Both the position numbers and the translations under genes were made by a program. Shown piece after piece: positions 23,780 through 37,074 of a DNA stretch of 64,000 nt. Below the pieces are notes generated by a model, which saw only the letters and a program-made list of their open reading frames with translations, did no database searches and was not told the DNA's origin. The first letter of the stretch is position 1, and each line of letters starts with the position of its first letter. Source of the stretch: Chiloscyllium plagiosum (Eukaryota); the NCBI RefSeq assembly GCF_004010195.1, contig NC_057754.1, forward strand, positions 11,935,609 through 11,999,608, read 5' to 3'.

Positions 23780-24900
23780 TCCACAAAAGCGGGACAACCC
23801 CAACCCTTATTCCGGTTAATCAATGCTCAACCAACAGCAAAGTGATGGAAGGGAGTAATAACTGTGCTTTCAGATTGTACTCAGTCAACAATAAGCAGCT
23901 CTCTGATCCTGCGTGTTTGATCAAAGGCACATAGCTTTTGTCCTCATTACATAATTAGTCCAAAATGGATAAAATACTGCACTCACAATGCAAGGTGAGA
24001 CTGACTGCCCTTGAAATTAAGGGTGCATCTGAATGACTAAGACATTGAATAGCTTTTGCAAAACTGGAGTCAATTGGAATCAACGGAAACCACTGTTACA
24101 ATGAGGACGTGGAATCCCTCGTTAATTAATAGCAAACAGTCGGAAAACCTCTCCGCATCTCGTAATCTATTCAAACTTGAGTGAGTGACACAGAAATTCC
24201 AATTTCCAATACATAAAGAAAAACAACTTTTTATTTCACTCTATTGCGAATACTAAACAAAACAATGAACAAACTAAACATTATTTACTTTAATTGAACG
24301 CAATCTATGAACATGCTGTTTCAATAACACAGCTGTTAAACATTACATCAACTTCATCTCAAGTCGACACAGTTTGTATGTGCTCCGCTGTTTCCAACTT
24401 CTATCTGCTCATCTCAATTTTTCCAACTTCTTTCATTTATACAGAGTGTGTTTTGCAGAAAAAGGTACCTTCTTGGTAGAGAGTGCTTTCTAATTTCTTA
24501 GAGAGGGAAGTGTTGGGTGGGCTCTCCAGCAATAGCTCTCACTCTAGTTTTCAAAATATTGGTTTTATATACACTCCAATGACACATTAATTTGTATAAA
24601 TTGATTAGGTTCCGGATGCAAAGCAAAACCAAAATTGAAATTTCATTTGCTTCTGGGACCCTGGGCATAATTTAATGTAATTGATTAAATGTGAGTTGTT
24701 GTCAAAACAGCAGGAAAAAAATCAGATTTTCACCGAGAAGTGAACAGCCTGTCCCCCAGCCTTTTCATTCAGGGAGCAAAGCATGCACTCTTAATTTCCT
24801 TCAGCATTCAGAAAATACACTATTTTAAAGTGAACATGTGTGTGTCAATAAAGTAACACTCTTCACTTGGTGTAATCATCCAGCCCAAATGCTTGCAATT
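23780..24900 (+). mobile_element. LINE RT fragment split by a solo LTR
   Basis: actgcccttgaaattaagggtgcatctga..gcaaaactggagtcaattggaatc (TALDIKxAFD..AKLESxGI) resumes after 24858. Confidence 0.6.
24094..24858 (-). mobile_element. Solo Gypsy-type LTR
   Basis: TGTTAC...GTAACA termini; left end resembles the reverse complement of LTR ends at 19760-19871 and 45700-45815. Confidence 0.7.
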
Positions 24901-25114
24901 TCGGAATGTCAATCATCCCAAGCCCAGCACATCACTGCAGTGGGTTCGCAGGTTATTGTCTCAGTCCCAATCGTTCTGAACTGTTTCAATTACTATTGTT
25001 CAATCATAAAATAAGAGTTGGTTATTTGAATCACGGAAACTTGGAATCCCTGAAAGGGGCCAATTTACCCAACAACTTCACATCTGCCTTCCAAACACCA
25101 TCCAATAATCTCCC

Positions 25115-25347
25115 ACCCTCCTTCGGTAACCCTGCATTTCCCATCGCTAAGTATCTAACCCAGACTTCCTTGGATAATTTAGCAATTGTAAACTACCTAA
25201 CCTGCACATCTTTGGGCGTTGAATAGAAACCATACAAACGTGGGGACATTGTGCATACTCCACACAGAATATCACCCAAGGCTGCAATTGAAGCAAGGGC
25301 CCTGTCCCTGTGAGAAAACAGTGGTGACTATTGCGCCAACATGCCAT
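25115..25347 (-). mobile_element. Old V-SINE
   Basis: Reverse complement ggcatgttggcgcaatagtcaccactgttttctcacaggg...gtggagtatgcaca. Confidence 0.7.
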
Positions 25348-26287
25348 ACCTGACTGCATATTATTTAGCACCATTTGAGCACCATCTCAGTCACACAAAC
25401 AATTCCTGTCCGGACAATGTGGAGAAAAACAGGTACTTCTCTGCTGTAGAACATGAGGAACATGGAACACATTTCGTTTCTGCTGGAATTTATTAACTTC
25501 ATCGGAAGGAAGACACAATGGGCACCATTCAATCCTCAATTAAGAAACAGTTAAACTCCTTGGCACAAATCCACAGTAAGCTGCAATTCAAACAAAAACT
25601 TCTAGTTGAGACTTTGGCACACGATGAAGCACAGCAAAAACCAGGCACTTCCTTCACTTTTGAACTTGCTGTTGTTTCAGTAGTTTGGATTTCACATCAA
25701 ATCTCTTCCCACACCTTCTCTCCCCAGAGTGAGATGGCGGGTGCACAGTGACTCAAATTAACCACTTGAATCCAGACCCATGTTGAGAGCAACTAACGGT
25801 TTCTCTTAATGTCAACGTTGATGGGTCAACAGATCCTCCGAGATTTTCAGGCGTTTCCCACGTTCAGGGCATTTAAAAAATCCTTCCTATTTGTGGACTT
25901 GCTGTTGTTCAAACAATGTGGTGGATCAAGTGAATTGTATCCCACACTCGAAACAGACGAATGGCCTCTACCTCGTCTGACTGTATTTCTGTTCTGACAA
26001 GGCAGATTATCTGTTGAATCCCTGTCGACTCGTATCAAGACACAGTTTCTCCACACTGTGAATGATGCTTTTCTCTTCCATGTTCAAAAGCGAATCATAT
26101 TCAGACAACAATCAATTGGACAACATCATCAGATGCTGAAATGATATTTGGTTTTAAGCTTTTCACTGTAAATCTTCTTTTTCAAATGCCCGGGAAATGT
26201 ATTCATAAAGGAAAAACAGAAGCACTTTGTAGTCCAGAAGAAAAAGACAATAAGATGCAAGAGCAGAAGTCGGCAATTCAACCTATA

Positions 26288-27155
26288 TAGGAGAAAGTGA
26301 GGACTGCAGGTGCTGGAGGTCAGAGCTGTGTGACTGCGAAGTCAGGTCCTGGATTCAAGTAGTTAATTTGACTCACTGTTCTCCCGCCTCCAACACACCC
26401 CATCCACCTGGACACCCCGTGCTGGCCTCTTACCTGCCCTCGATCTCTTCATAGCTAACTGCCGCCATGACATTAACTGCCTCAACCTCTCCACCCCTCT
26501 CACCCACTCCAACCTCTCACCCTCGGAATGTGCAGCACTCCACTCCCTCCGTTCCAACTCCAACCTCACAATCAAACCGGCAGACAAGGGAGGCACGGTA
26601 GTAGTTTGGCGCACTGACCTTTACACCACTGAGGCTAAACGCCAGCTCGCGGGCACCTCCTCCTACTGCTCCCTTTACTATGACCCTACCTCACAACACC
26701 AAACCATCATCTCCCAGACCATCCATAACCTCATCTCCTCAGAGGATATCCCATCCACCGCCTCAAACCTCATAGTCCCACAACCCCGCACCGCCCGTTT
26801 CTACCTCCTGCCCAAAACTCAGATTTTTCCAGTTTCCTCATTTCCCCTCCCTCCACCTTGTCTCAGTCCCAACCCTCGTACGCAGCACCACCTTCCTAAC
26901 CTGCAATCTTCTTCCTGACCTCTCCGCCCCCACCCCCACTGCGGCCTATCACCCTCACCTTATCACCCTCACCTTGACCTCCTTCCACCTAACGCATTTC
27001 CAACACCCATCCACCAAGTCCCTCCTCCCTAGCTTTTATCTTAGCCTGCCTGGCACACTTGCCTCATTCCTGAAGAAGGGCTCATGCCCGAAACGTCGAT
27101 TCTCCTGCTCCTTGGATGCTGCCTGACCTGCTGCGCTTTTCCAGCAACACATTTT
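26288..27155 (+). mobile_element. Internally deleted Penelope-like element with inverted 5' pseudo-LTR fragment
   Basis: Perfect 14-bp TSD caattcaacctata (26274-26287, 27156-27169); RT N-region ..LTIKPADKGGTVVVWRTDLY..RTARFYLLPK fused to the 3' pseudo-LTR. Confidence 0.9.
27066..27101 (+). ncRNA. Minimal hammerhead ribozyme motif, intact core
   Basis: attc-CTGAAGA-A-GGGC-TCAT-GCCC-GAAAC-GTC-gatt. Confidence 0.75.
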
Positions 27156-27299
27156 CAATTCAACCTATACAGTCTGCTCTCACTGTTCAGTGACGTTACA
27201 GCTGATCTGATAATCCACAGATTCAGTTTCCTGCAATGTCAGCTACCCTTCGAATCCCTTGCTGATTAAAATCTGTTTGTCACAGAGTTCAAATTAATT

Positions 27300-28060
27300 T
27301 CTTGGAGGATCTTCAATAAGATGCAGACCAGGAAGGCAAAGTGGGAATATGAAATTATCGAATCGGCCAGGGCTGAAAATAATCCGAAGAGGGTCTACAA
27401 AACATATCTGGCAAGTGAATAACTGGAGAAATAGTAACATAAAGATTAAAGCGGCTTACATTGCGTTTGAGCTTAGCAGATGGAAGAGCCATTAAACGAA
27501 TTTTTCACGTCAGTTTTTACTGTGGAGAAAGAAAGACCGAATGTTCACTCTCCATGTATGAAGAGGACGATTCCTCTTCTTCAACTATTTGACAAAGCAT
27601 CAAAGAAATTGACATTAGGTGATATTTCCAGCGGCTGGATTGCATTCGACTCTGTGTTGCTTCATGCAACAAAGCGTTTACATGCTCCCTGGACTCGATT
27701 GTAATATAACGAGGAGACACTGAGTAGGGTTTGACTTGTCGGGCTGCAGCATCGGAGGTTGAAGGATGACATTTTAGAGATTCATAAAATCATGAGTGCT
27801 CTCGATAAGGTGAACAGCAAAGGTCTTTTTCCCTTGGATACGGGAGTCCAGAACTCATAAGATTTACATGGAATGACAAGATATCCTTTTCACACAGAGG
27901 ATGGTTTCTTTTTGGAATCAACTGCTGGAGCAACTGGTTCGTCGAGGTACTGTTGCATTATTTGAAAGACATTTGGACATTTAGATGAAGAAGACGTGAT
28001 TAGAGAGATACAGACCAAATGCAAGCAAGATGGGATAGTTTGGTTTGAGATATGTTGCAC
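27300..28060 (+). mobile_element. Decayed CR1 fragments
   Basis: LNEFFTSVFTVEK; 3' motifs ttttcacacagagg, gacatttggac. Confidence 0.7.
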
Positions 28061-28462
28061 TTAAGGAGGCTACAGAAATCATGGAAATACATACTGATAA
28101 ATACTTCATATAACAGGAAAATAATTGCTGAAATTCTCAGAAAGTGTAAAAAGCAGATAACTCTCCAGACCTTGGACTAGTGCATTGTTATGAAGATGCT
28201 GTGAAGAAAAGATTTGAAAACTTGCAAGGACACATCACAACCTGGTCTGAACAAGGGAACAATGTGACATTTATTCGAAATAGCCAGCAGAGCTGGATTA
28301 CTATCAGGTTAAATTATTAATCAAGATCCCAAACCAAAATCAGGTTGAAACTTAGCATTTTGATAATGTTAAAGCCAATGAAATAACCTGATGTTTTGGT
28401 GTATAAAACAGGACATTTTGAAAAGCTAGTGAGAGGACTGTGTCAGAAACGGCCGGTACAGT

Positions 28463-28775
28463 GGGCGGCACGGTGGGACAGTGATCAGCACTGCTGCCTC
28501 ACAGTGCTAGAGACCCGGGTTCAATTCCCGACTCAGGTGATTGACTGTGTGGAGTTTGCACATTCTCCCTCTGTCTGTATGGGTTTCCTCAGGGTGCTCC
28601 GGTTTCTTCCCACAGTCCAAAGATGTGTAGGTCAGGTGAATTGGCCATGCTAAATTGCCCGTAGTGTTCGGTAAAGGGGCAAACATAGGAGTATGGGTGG
28701 GTTGCACTTCGGCGGGTGCGTGTGGACTTGTTGGTCAGAAGGGCCTGTTTCCACACTGTAAGTAATCTAACCTAA
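28463..28775 (+). mobile_element. HE1-type V-SINE
   Basis: gggcggcacggtggg..cccgggttcaattccc..gggcctgtttccacactgtaagtaatctaacctaa. Confidence 0.93.
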
Positions 28776-29129
28776 AAGAGATTTCCCAAATGTACCAACC
28801 TCGGAAATGTGGTTGCATGGCAGAACATCGATGACTACCTGGAGAGAATCGACACAGAAAACTCCACAAAATAAGACATGGCAATGCTGAGTGGTTTAGA
28901 ACTGCGATTTGTTTAAAAAAAATCATCATTGGGAATTTTTCAAATTGGGATACTATTGTAGATTGGAAGGTAAAAGATGGGTTTCAGAGGAAGTAATTGT
29001 AAATAGTTTTCAGTTTTCATATTCTCTGTTTGACATAAATCGTGACCTTTGCGATAAGTCTTGCCTCTCAGATTTTCACACATTACAGCACGGGGTAAAC
29101 ATTTTTTTCTGTTTTGCTGGTTTCAATTA

Positions 29130-30840
29130 GCATAGAGGTTTACCCTGTGTCGGAACTGAATCCAAAAGTACTGTGGGAGGTAAGCGTGGAAATTGCAGGA
29201 CTCCTTGCTGAAATAATGGTGTCATATCTAAATATGGGTGGGATTCCAAATGACTGGACAGTGACGAGCGTAGTTGAAGAACGGCATAGGGAAAAGACTT
29301 GGATCTACAGACTTGTGAGTTTGAAATTGGTTGTTCGCAGGTTTTTAGAGGTGGTTTTGGAAGAGAGCATTTGCAGAGGCCAGGAAATATAGGGGATCAT
29401 CAGCATGGATTCGTGAGGTGGAAACTGTGTCTCACAATTTGTTTTTAGTTTTTGTTCAAGTACACAAGAGGATTGATGAGGCAACAACAACAGACGTTGC
29501 TTTAAGAAAGCGTTTGACAAGATTCCGCAAGGAAGACTAATTAGTAAATTTAGATCACATGGAGTTCGCAGTGAGCTTGCCCATTGGATACAAAATTCAG
29601 TTTACAACAAGAGAAGGGATGAGATTTTGGAGGGTTGATTGTCAGACTTGTGACCAGCAGTGTTCCACAGGGATCCATGCTGGCTCCTTTGTTTGTGACT
29701 TACGTAAACGTTTTAGATGACAATATGAAAGGCAGAGATCGTCAGTTTGTGGTTAACACCAAAATTAGCGGTATGCATATAATGAGAAGAGAACAGAAGT
29801 TTTTGTGTGTACATTGAGAACATTAAAAATGCGTTGGGACAAATACGTGGACAGCAAATGATTGGAATGATATGGGCCAAGTGCAGAGACATGCAGTTAA
29901 TGTGGACAGACATTATGATCAGTATGAACCAGTTTGTGCCAAACGGCCTGTATCTGTGCTGAAGGACTCTATAACTCTCCATGGTGGTACAGTAGACAGA
30001 GAAGAAAGTTATCTCAGGTTATCTACGATTAAAAGAGACATTGATCATTCATGGTATATGATCAAAGGAATGACAGAGAGAGTGTAACTTGGATAAATGT
30101 AAGGTGCTGATGTAGCACTTGTACAATTAAAAGTACTGCCTTGGATAGTGCTGCGTAATAGACACGTGAGTTACCTATGTGAAAGTCGTGTCACACATCG
30201 ACAGTTCCGTTAAAAATGCTGTGAGAATGCTTTCATTCGTTGTTCAGTTTTTTTGTGTTGCAGTTGGGACGTCATGTTGAGGTTGTACAGGACGTTGGTG
30301 AGGCCTTTCTGGAGTACTGCGTCAAGTTCTGGTTGATCAGTTAGACGAAGAAGAATAGTAAGTTGGAGAGAGTTCAGAAGAGATTCACCAGGAATTTGCT
30401 CGGAATGAGGGGATTGAGGTGTAGGGGAAGGTTTGATAGGCTGGGACTTCTTTCAAAGGAGCTTAGGAGGTTGACGTTTATCCGATAAAATTTTTGAAAA
30501 TCCTGAGGGATACAGATTAGCTCAACTGCAACTGTGCTTTCCTTCATTGGGGGATTTCAGGACTAGTGGACGTATTTTGAAGGTGAGAGGAGAAAGAGTA
30601 TAAAAAGACATGAGGTGCACTTTGTTTTACTTTACATGTGCAAAGTTCCAGAGGAAGTAGTGAATGTGGATAAAATTGCAAATTTTAAAAGACATTTGGA
30701 TAAGTGCATCAATAGGAAATGTTAAGAGAGATATGGGCCCAGTACACGCAGTTGGTACGACGTTAGGTTCCGTAAATGGTAGCCATGGACTGGTTGGAAC
30801 AGCGGTCTGTTTCAGTGATGTTTGAGTCAATGACTCGATG
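29130..30840 (+). mobile_element. Decayed CR1 LINE RT to 3' end (with an internal CR1 tail piece at about 29820-29980)
   Basis: YRLVSL, KAFDKIP, SSVPQGSML, LEYCVKFW motifs. Confidence 0.85.
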
Positions 30841-31057
30841 GGATTGAAATTTTCAGAATGCTGAGAGGCCTGCACACAGCCAATGTGGAGAAGACGTTTC
30901 AACCAATATGACACACCAGAACCCGAGGGCACAGAGTCAAATTGAAGCGATAACAAAATGGAAATGAGACGAGGAGGAAAATTTCAGCCAGAGAGTGGCG
31001 ATTCTGTGAAGATAGTTGTCATAGAGGGCTGTGGGCGCCAAGTCAGTGAGCAAAAGT

Positions 31058-31410
31058 GTGGCCTGGTGGCTCATTGGTTAGCACGGCTGCCTCATAGATT
31101 CAGGGTCCCAGGTTCGACACTGTCTGTGTGGAGTTTGTATGTTTTCCCCGTGTCTGTGTGGGTTTCATATGGGTGGTGCGGTTTTCTCCCACAGTCCAGA
31201 ATGGGAAAATTGTTGAATGGATGGCTGGTTTGTGATGCAGAGTGACAACAACAGCACGTGCCCAATCCCTGCACCGGTTGAGGTTGCCATGCAAGTTCCA
31301 GCTTCTGAACATTACCACTGGCCTGAGGCATAGTGACACACAGTTTAAAGTACCATCAGTCATCTCTCTCTCTCTCTTGCTCGTGAGTTTGCGGTCCTTT
31401 GATCTTCTGG
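31058..31410 (+). mobile_element. V-SINE head joined to another short repeat
   Basis: ggcctggtggctcattggttagcacggctgcctc..tgtgtggagtttgtatgttttccccg. Confidence 0.7.
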
Positions 31411-31439
31411 GACAACGACAAGTTTTGTATTAAAATTTC

Positions 31440-32105
31440 TGTTTTGTAATGAGAAGGGAATTGCTGGGAATCTAACCATGAGAAGCACCTTGTGTGAGAG
31501 TGATGCACTATGCACTACAGTGACAACGATAATTCTGAGACTGTGGGTTAAAATCTAAATGGACAAAATTATGATGGCATGAGACACAATAATTTGGGAA
31601 GATCACTTAAAACGATAAAAAAATGGAAAAGCTCTTGAAGGAACTGTGACTGTTGATCATTCCTGTCAGTCACAACATTAATCGGGATAGGTGGCCCTGC
31701 CATGGCTCACAAAGAATATGAGGGATAGAAGAAGTGACTTCAAGTAAGAGGCGTACCAACCGGCTAAAAAGAGCAGCATACAAGTTAACTGGAAGCAGTT
31801 CAGAATGCAACAAAAGAAGACTAAAGGATTACTGAAGATAGAAAAATAAATCCTGAAGGTAAGCTTTAGCTTAACATGCAAACTAATTTTCAAAGCTTCC
31901 AAAAGAATATGAAGAGAAAAAATGCCATGGAAACAAATTCCTTACAGTCAAACAGGCGAAATTATAATGTGGAATGAGGAGATGGCACAAAAATTCATTA
32001 TATATCTGGTTATGTCAGCACAAACGATCACAAAATGATATCACTAACATATTCGTGAAGAGATAAGTGAGAGGAATTGAAGGAAACCCGCAATGACAGG
32101 AATGT
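31440..32105 (+). mobile_element. Old CR1 linker fragment
   Basis: ccatggctcacaaagaatatgagggatag (PWLTKxIRD) motif. Confidence 0.6.
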
Positions 32106-32109
32106 GATC

Positions 32110-33196
32110 TAGAACATAGAACATAGAACATAGAACAATACAGCACAGAACAGGCCCTTCGGCCCACGATGTTGTGCCGAACATTTGTCCTAGCGAAAGC
32201 ACCCATCCATGTACCTATCCAATTGCTGCTTAAAGGTCACCAATGATTCTGACTCTGCCACTCCCACAGGCAGCGCATTCCATGCCCCCACCACTCTCTG
32301 GGTAAAGAACCCACCCCTGACATCTCCCCTATACCTTCCACCCTTCACCTTAAATTTATATCCCCTTGNNNNNNNNNNNNNNNNNNNNNNNNNNNNNNNN
32401 NNNNNNNNNNNNNNNNNNNNNNNNNNNNNNNNNNNNNNNNNNNNNNNNNNNNNNNNNNNNNNNNNNNNNNNNNNNNNNNNNNNNNNNNNNNNNNNNNNNN
32501 NNNNNNNNNNNNNNNNNNNNNNNNNNNNNNNNNNNNNNNNNNNNNNNNNNNNNNNNNNNNNNNNNNNNNNNNNNNNNNNNNNNNNNNNNNNNNNNNNNNN
32601 NNNNNNNNNNNNNNNNNNNNNNNNNNNNNNNNNNNNNNNNNNNNNNNNNNNNNNNNNNNNNNNNNNNNNNNNNNNNNNNNNNNNNNNNNNNNNNNNNNNN
32701 NNNNNNNNNNNNNNNNNNNNNNNNNNNNNNNNNNNNNNNNNNNNNNNNNNNNNNNNNNNNNNNNNNNNNNNNNNNNNNNNNNNNNNNNNNNNNNNNNNNN
32801 NNNNNNNNNNNNNNNNNNNNNNNNNNNNNNNNNNNNNNNNNNNNGGAACTCTACTTGTAACTGGGCTCCAGGCTGAATATTTACCATCTACCACCACTCT
32901 CTGACTTCGACTGGTTAGCCAGTTTTCTATCCAATTGGCCAAATTTCCCTCTATCCCATGCCTCCTGACTTTCCGCATAAGCCTACCATGGGGAACCTTC
33001 TCAAATGCCTTACTAAAATCCATGTACACTACATCCATTGCTCTTCCCTCATCCACATGCTTGGTCACCTCCTCAAAGAATTCAATCAGACTTGTAAGGC
33101 AAGACCTACCCTTCACAAATCCGTGCTGGCTGTCCCTAATCAAGCAGTGTCTTTCCAGATACTCATAAATCCTATCCCTCAGTACCCTTTCCATTA
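32110..33196 (-). mobile_element. Young 5'-truncated CR1 LINE spanning the first assembly gap
   Basis: Open RT frame ([35 protein letters not shown]); (TTCTATG)n tail at 32110-32137. Confidence 0.93.
32369..32844. other. Assembly gap (476 N)
   Basis: Run of N. Confidence 1.
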
Positions 33197-33280
33197 CTGA
33201 TCTCTGGGAAATTGGTGGCATTTACAGTGAACAAGTCGGGTTGCCGGTTAGTTTTTAACCGAATACACCAACTATTTAAG

Positions 33281-34148
33281 GAGGAGAAAGTGAGAACTGC
33301 TGATGCTGGATTTCGAAGTCAAGTGTGCGCCATCACATAGCAAAATTGAGACTGGTGCAAGCTTCCCCACTCAAAAACTGTATCACTGCCAAGCACCAAC
33401 CTTCCCACTCCTAACAGCACCTTCCCCTGCTACCGCAGGAATTAGGAATCCTGCGCCCATTCCTCCCAATCACCTCCGTCCAAGGCCCAAAAGAAGCCTT
33501 CTACATTCATCAGAAATTTACCCGCATTTCCACAAATGTGCTTCACTGTAGTCGTTGCTCCCAATACGGTCTCCTCTACATTAGGGAGGCAGGCCAACTG
33601 CGTACAGAACGCTTCAGAGAGCATCTGTGAGACGTCCACACCAACCAACCGCATCACCATGTGGCCGACCAATTAAACAACTCGCTCCCACTCGGCCAAG
33701 GACATGAAGGTTCTGTGCTTCCCTCATTGCCAAGTCCTAACCACCAAACGCCTGTCGGGAGAACGCCTCATCTTCCACTTTAGGTCCATCCAACCTCACG
33801 GGATTAATGTGAATTGCAACAATTTCCTGATTACCCCTCCACTCCCCATCTTATCCCAAATCCAAACTTCGAACTCGGCAACTCCCTCATGACCTGGCCT
33901 ACACTGTCGAGCTTCCTTCTCACCTATCCACTCCACCATCCTCTCTGACCTGTCCCATCATCCCCACCTTCATCTCCGTATTGCAATCTCAGCTCCCATG
34001 CCCCCGAACCAGCCCCTTTTGAAATATCTTACCACTGTCTTGGCTCACCAGACTCATTCCTGGTGAAGGGGTTTTGCTCAAAACGTCACTTCTCCTGCTC
34101 CTCGGATTCTGCCTGATCTGATGTACTTTGGCAGCACCACACTCGACA
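33281..34148 (+). mobile_element. Penelope-like element 3' part (GIY-YIG) with inverted 5' tip and decayed HHR
   Basis: FTRISTNVLHCSRCSQYGLLYI..RFREHL..ERLIFHFRSIQPHGINV; cctggtgaaggggttttgctcaaaacgtc at about 34059; imperfect flanks caactatttaa / caatgatttaa. Confidence 0.85.
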
Positions 34149-34487
34149 ACAATGATTTAACTCAATAACCTTTGATTTCAGCCCTATGCACACCAAAGAG
34201 AGATTAACAAATAGTGAAGCGATAACTTAAACGAAAACAAGACAAACTGATCCAAGGATAACGGTCTGAGGATCTCTGCGGCTTCAATCACAGCCCGTAA
34301 AACCAATTTTTTTGGTGCTAGAGTTGTGCTCAGACCAGTCATGAAAAATACAAACCTGTATATAGCTCCGTACTCGGCCCTCTCCTTCAACCTTCAATCT
34401 CCACCTTTGACGTGAGGGACCAACATTTCTGTCCGGAGATAACTTGTGGTGCGCATGTTCATAATCTACATTGTTTTCCTTCTCCAG

Positions 34488-34526
34488 CGCGCTGGCCACT
34501 GGCATGGTGATATGGCACTGTCAACA
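34488..34526 (+). other. Candidate 39-nt exon
   Basis: Acceptor ttgttttccttctccag, donor ACA|GTAAGC; open as ALATGMVIWHCQ or RAGHWHGDMALST. Confidence 0.4.
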
Positions 34527-34654
34527 GTAAGCAAAGGGCGGGGCTAGTGGTACAGGGACGGAGAAGGGTCACTGACTAAACAGGAAATAAGGGCAGGATC
34601 TCACTCTCGATGAGTGTGAGTGAGGGCGCTAGGGAGATGTTAGGCTCGCTGGGT

Positions 34655-34960
34655 CATTGATCATTACTGCTTTGTCACAGCGCTGAGGAGCCTGATTCAA
34701 TTTCAGACTCTGGCAACTGTATGTGTGAAGTTTTCACGTTCGCACTGTGCTGCATGGATTTTTTCAGGGTGCTCCAGTGTACTCGGACAGTCCAAAGACT
34801 TGCAGGGTGGGTGAATTGGCTGAGCTAAATTGCCCTTAGTGTTCAGGTTTATGTGGGTTAGATGCATTATCCTGAGGTAAATAAAGAATATTAGGATATG
34901 AGGATTGCTCTGGCTGGTTTACGCTTGGGAGCAAAGCGCCTGTATACATACTGCTGGGAT
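34655..34960 (+). mobile_element. Old V-SINE
   Basis: actgctttgtcacagcgctgagg..gtgtgaagttttcacgttc..gctaaattgccc. Confidence 0.75.
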
Positions 34961-36039
34961 TCTTTAAGGTGGAATTGTCACGTATTCTTCGGTATAAGGC
35001 TATGAGAGAGAAGTGGGCAATGTCCCCACACACAGCGGCATCTTTGGAACAATGTGTCTATTACCAAAGTTGGAGAAGTTGGAGAAGAAACAAATGCTTT
35101 CTCAACACAAAAAGTTGAAGAAAGAAATACCGTCTCTCTGCCTCGGTCTTTAAAGTCCTCCAGCCCTCTCCGGTGCAATTATGGCTGGGCAAAAAGTGCC
35201 AACACAGCCAACAATGCCTATATCCAAACAATTATTGTTTTAAAAAACACCCTTCATTATATCTGCATTACCACTAAACCATGCATCTAAGCATTCTCGC
35301 TTTTAACTTTTCCACACGTTCACAAAGGTGGCCCACAACCTATTGCTGCCAAGGGTATAAACTGTGTAGCCTCTTCACTAAACTCTCTCTCTTGATCTCA
35401 GATTGTCACTTTAAAATATCTCTTAAAAACGGCGTATTTGAACATTATACATGTTGTTACCTACGTTATAACTCGTTCTATGACTGGGGTCAAAAGGTTG
35501 ATTTGTAACACTGTATTTATATAATTAAATTTTCATTGATTTGGCATTTTTATCATTAATTATTTTTACATGAAAATTTTCTCTGAAGTGATGATTCTGT
35601 TCCTTCTAACTGCCGCTGTCTGACATCTTTCCGAGTCCTGTTGTGAATATGTTCCCTCGTCCCATTTCAAAAATGCACTGCTCACTCTGACACTTACTTC
35701 TGCATGGACAACGTTCAGTCTGTGTTGCCATCATTGTTGCTGAGTGGACTTGCCCCAGTCTCACCGAAACATTTGAACCTTCAAACCATTTGAATCATTC
35801 AGACACCGTGGTTGTGACATCAATCATCATGCAGCACTTTTAAAGGACATTGACCAGACAGTGTTGGAGCGTCAGTCTCAGGAAAGGAATTCAGAGCAGT
35901 AGCGAGGAAAAGGGACCTTTTAATTTTGGAAAAGAGAAATTTCTGTGGCTTTCTGTGACATTTATGTAATTTGTTCCTTCCCCCTGCACATTTTTATTTG
36001 GAGTTCCATAATTCACGGTATAGCAGCAATATGACAGCT

Positions 36040-36500
36040 GCATATGGGGATAGTTTCTGTGCTGAAGAGCTTCAGTTATGAGGAGAGATGAGACACCTTG
36101 GGGTTATTTTTTTCTCAGAGAGAGGAAGATTATGAGGAGACATGATTAAGAAGTACAAAATTATGACCGGCATGGATACGGTCGACGGAAAGAAACGCTT
36201 GCCATTGGTGGAGGGTTTAAATCAACAGGGACCCATAGATTTCTGATAAAAGGAAAAATGTTTTGTGGTAATGTGCGGAAAAACTTATACAGCCAGCGAG
36301 TGGTTGAATCAGGAACTTAATGTCTGCATGGGCGGGAGAGGCAGTAACCCTCATAACCTTCAGGTGTGAGTATTTGAAGACAAGGCACACAGGGCCAAAT
36401 GATGGAAAATGGAACTAGGTCAGATTGGGATGTCTGGTCGGCATGGACGAGCTAGACCAAAGGGTCTGTTTCCATGTTGTATCAGTCCATGATTCTATAA
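36040..36500 (+). mobile_element. CR1 3' end
   Basis: cttcagttatgaggagagat..agggtctgtttccatgttgtatcagtccatgattcta. Confidence 0.8.
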
Positions 36501-36504
36501 CTGA

Positions 36505-36985
36505 GGCTTCCCATTTCTGGAACTATTCTAGTAAATCGCTTCTGCATTCACATTTTTTTGATTATGTATGATCCACAGTTGTACACAATACTTCAGCTGA
36601 GAAGTGTCTTATACAGGTTCCTTACACTTGTACTCTATATTCCTATAAATAAACTCCATATGCTTTATCAACTGCTCTCTCTACCTCTCCTACCACTTTC
36701 AGTCATCTGTGCAAATATACACCCAGGTCCCTCTGCTCCTGCACCCCTTTTAGAATTGTACCCCCTACTTTATATTGCCTTTCATTGTTCTTCCAATCAA
36801 AGTGCAGCATCTCACCCTTCTCTATTTTGAACTTCATTTGCCACCCACTCCACCAACTTGGAAATGTCTTTTTGGACAGTTTACATTTTTTCCAGGTTTA
36901 GTGTTATCGGAAAACATTGAAATTGTCCCTTCTAAACCAAAATCCAGATCATTAATGTATATCAGGAAAAACAAGGGTCTTAAAA
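36505..36985 (-). mobile_element. CR1 RT fragment
   Basis: Reverse complement of IYINDLD and LKYCVQLW motifs. Confidence 0.7.
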
Positions 36986-37074
36986 ATCCTAATTTAGAGA
37001 GTCAATAGAAGTAAGAATAATAAAAAAAACAACCAAGGTAATACTGACATTCTTGGAGAAAGATAGTTAAACCC

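Noticed and set aside
32190..33221. Long ORFs of 160-340 aa here and at 42343-43036
   Set aside because: Length is inflated by N-gaps; the real parts are CR1 RT
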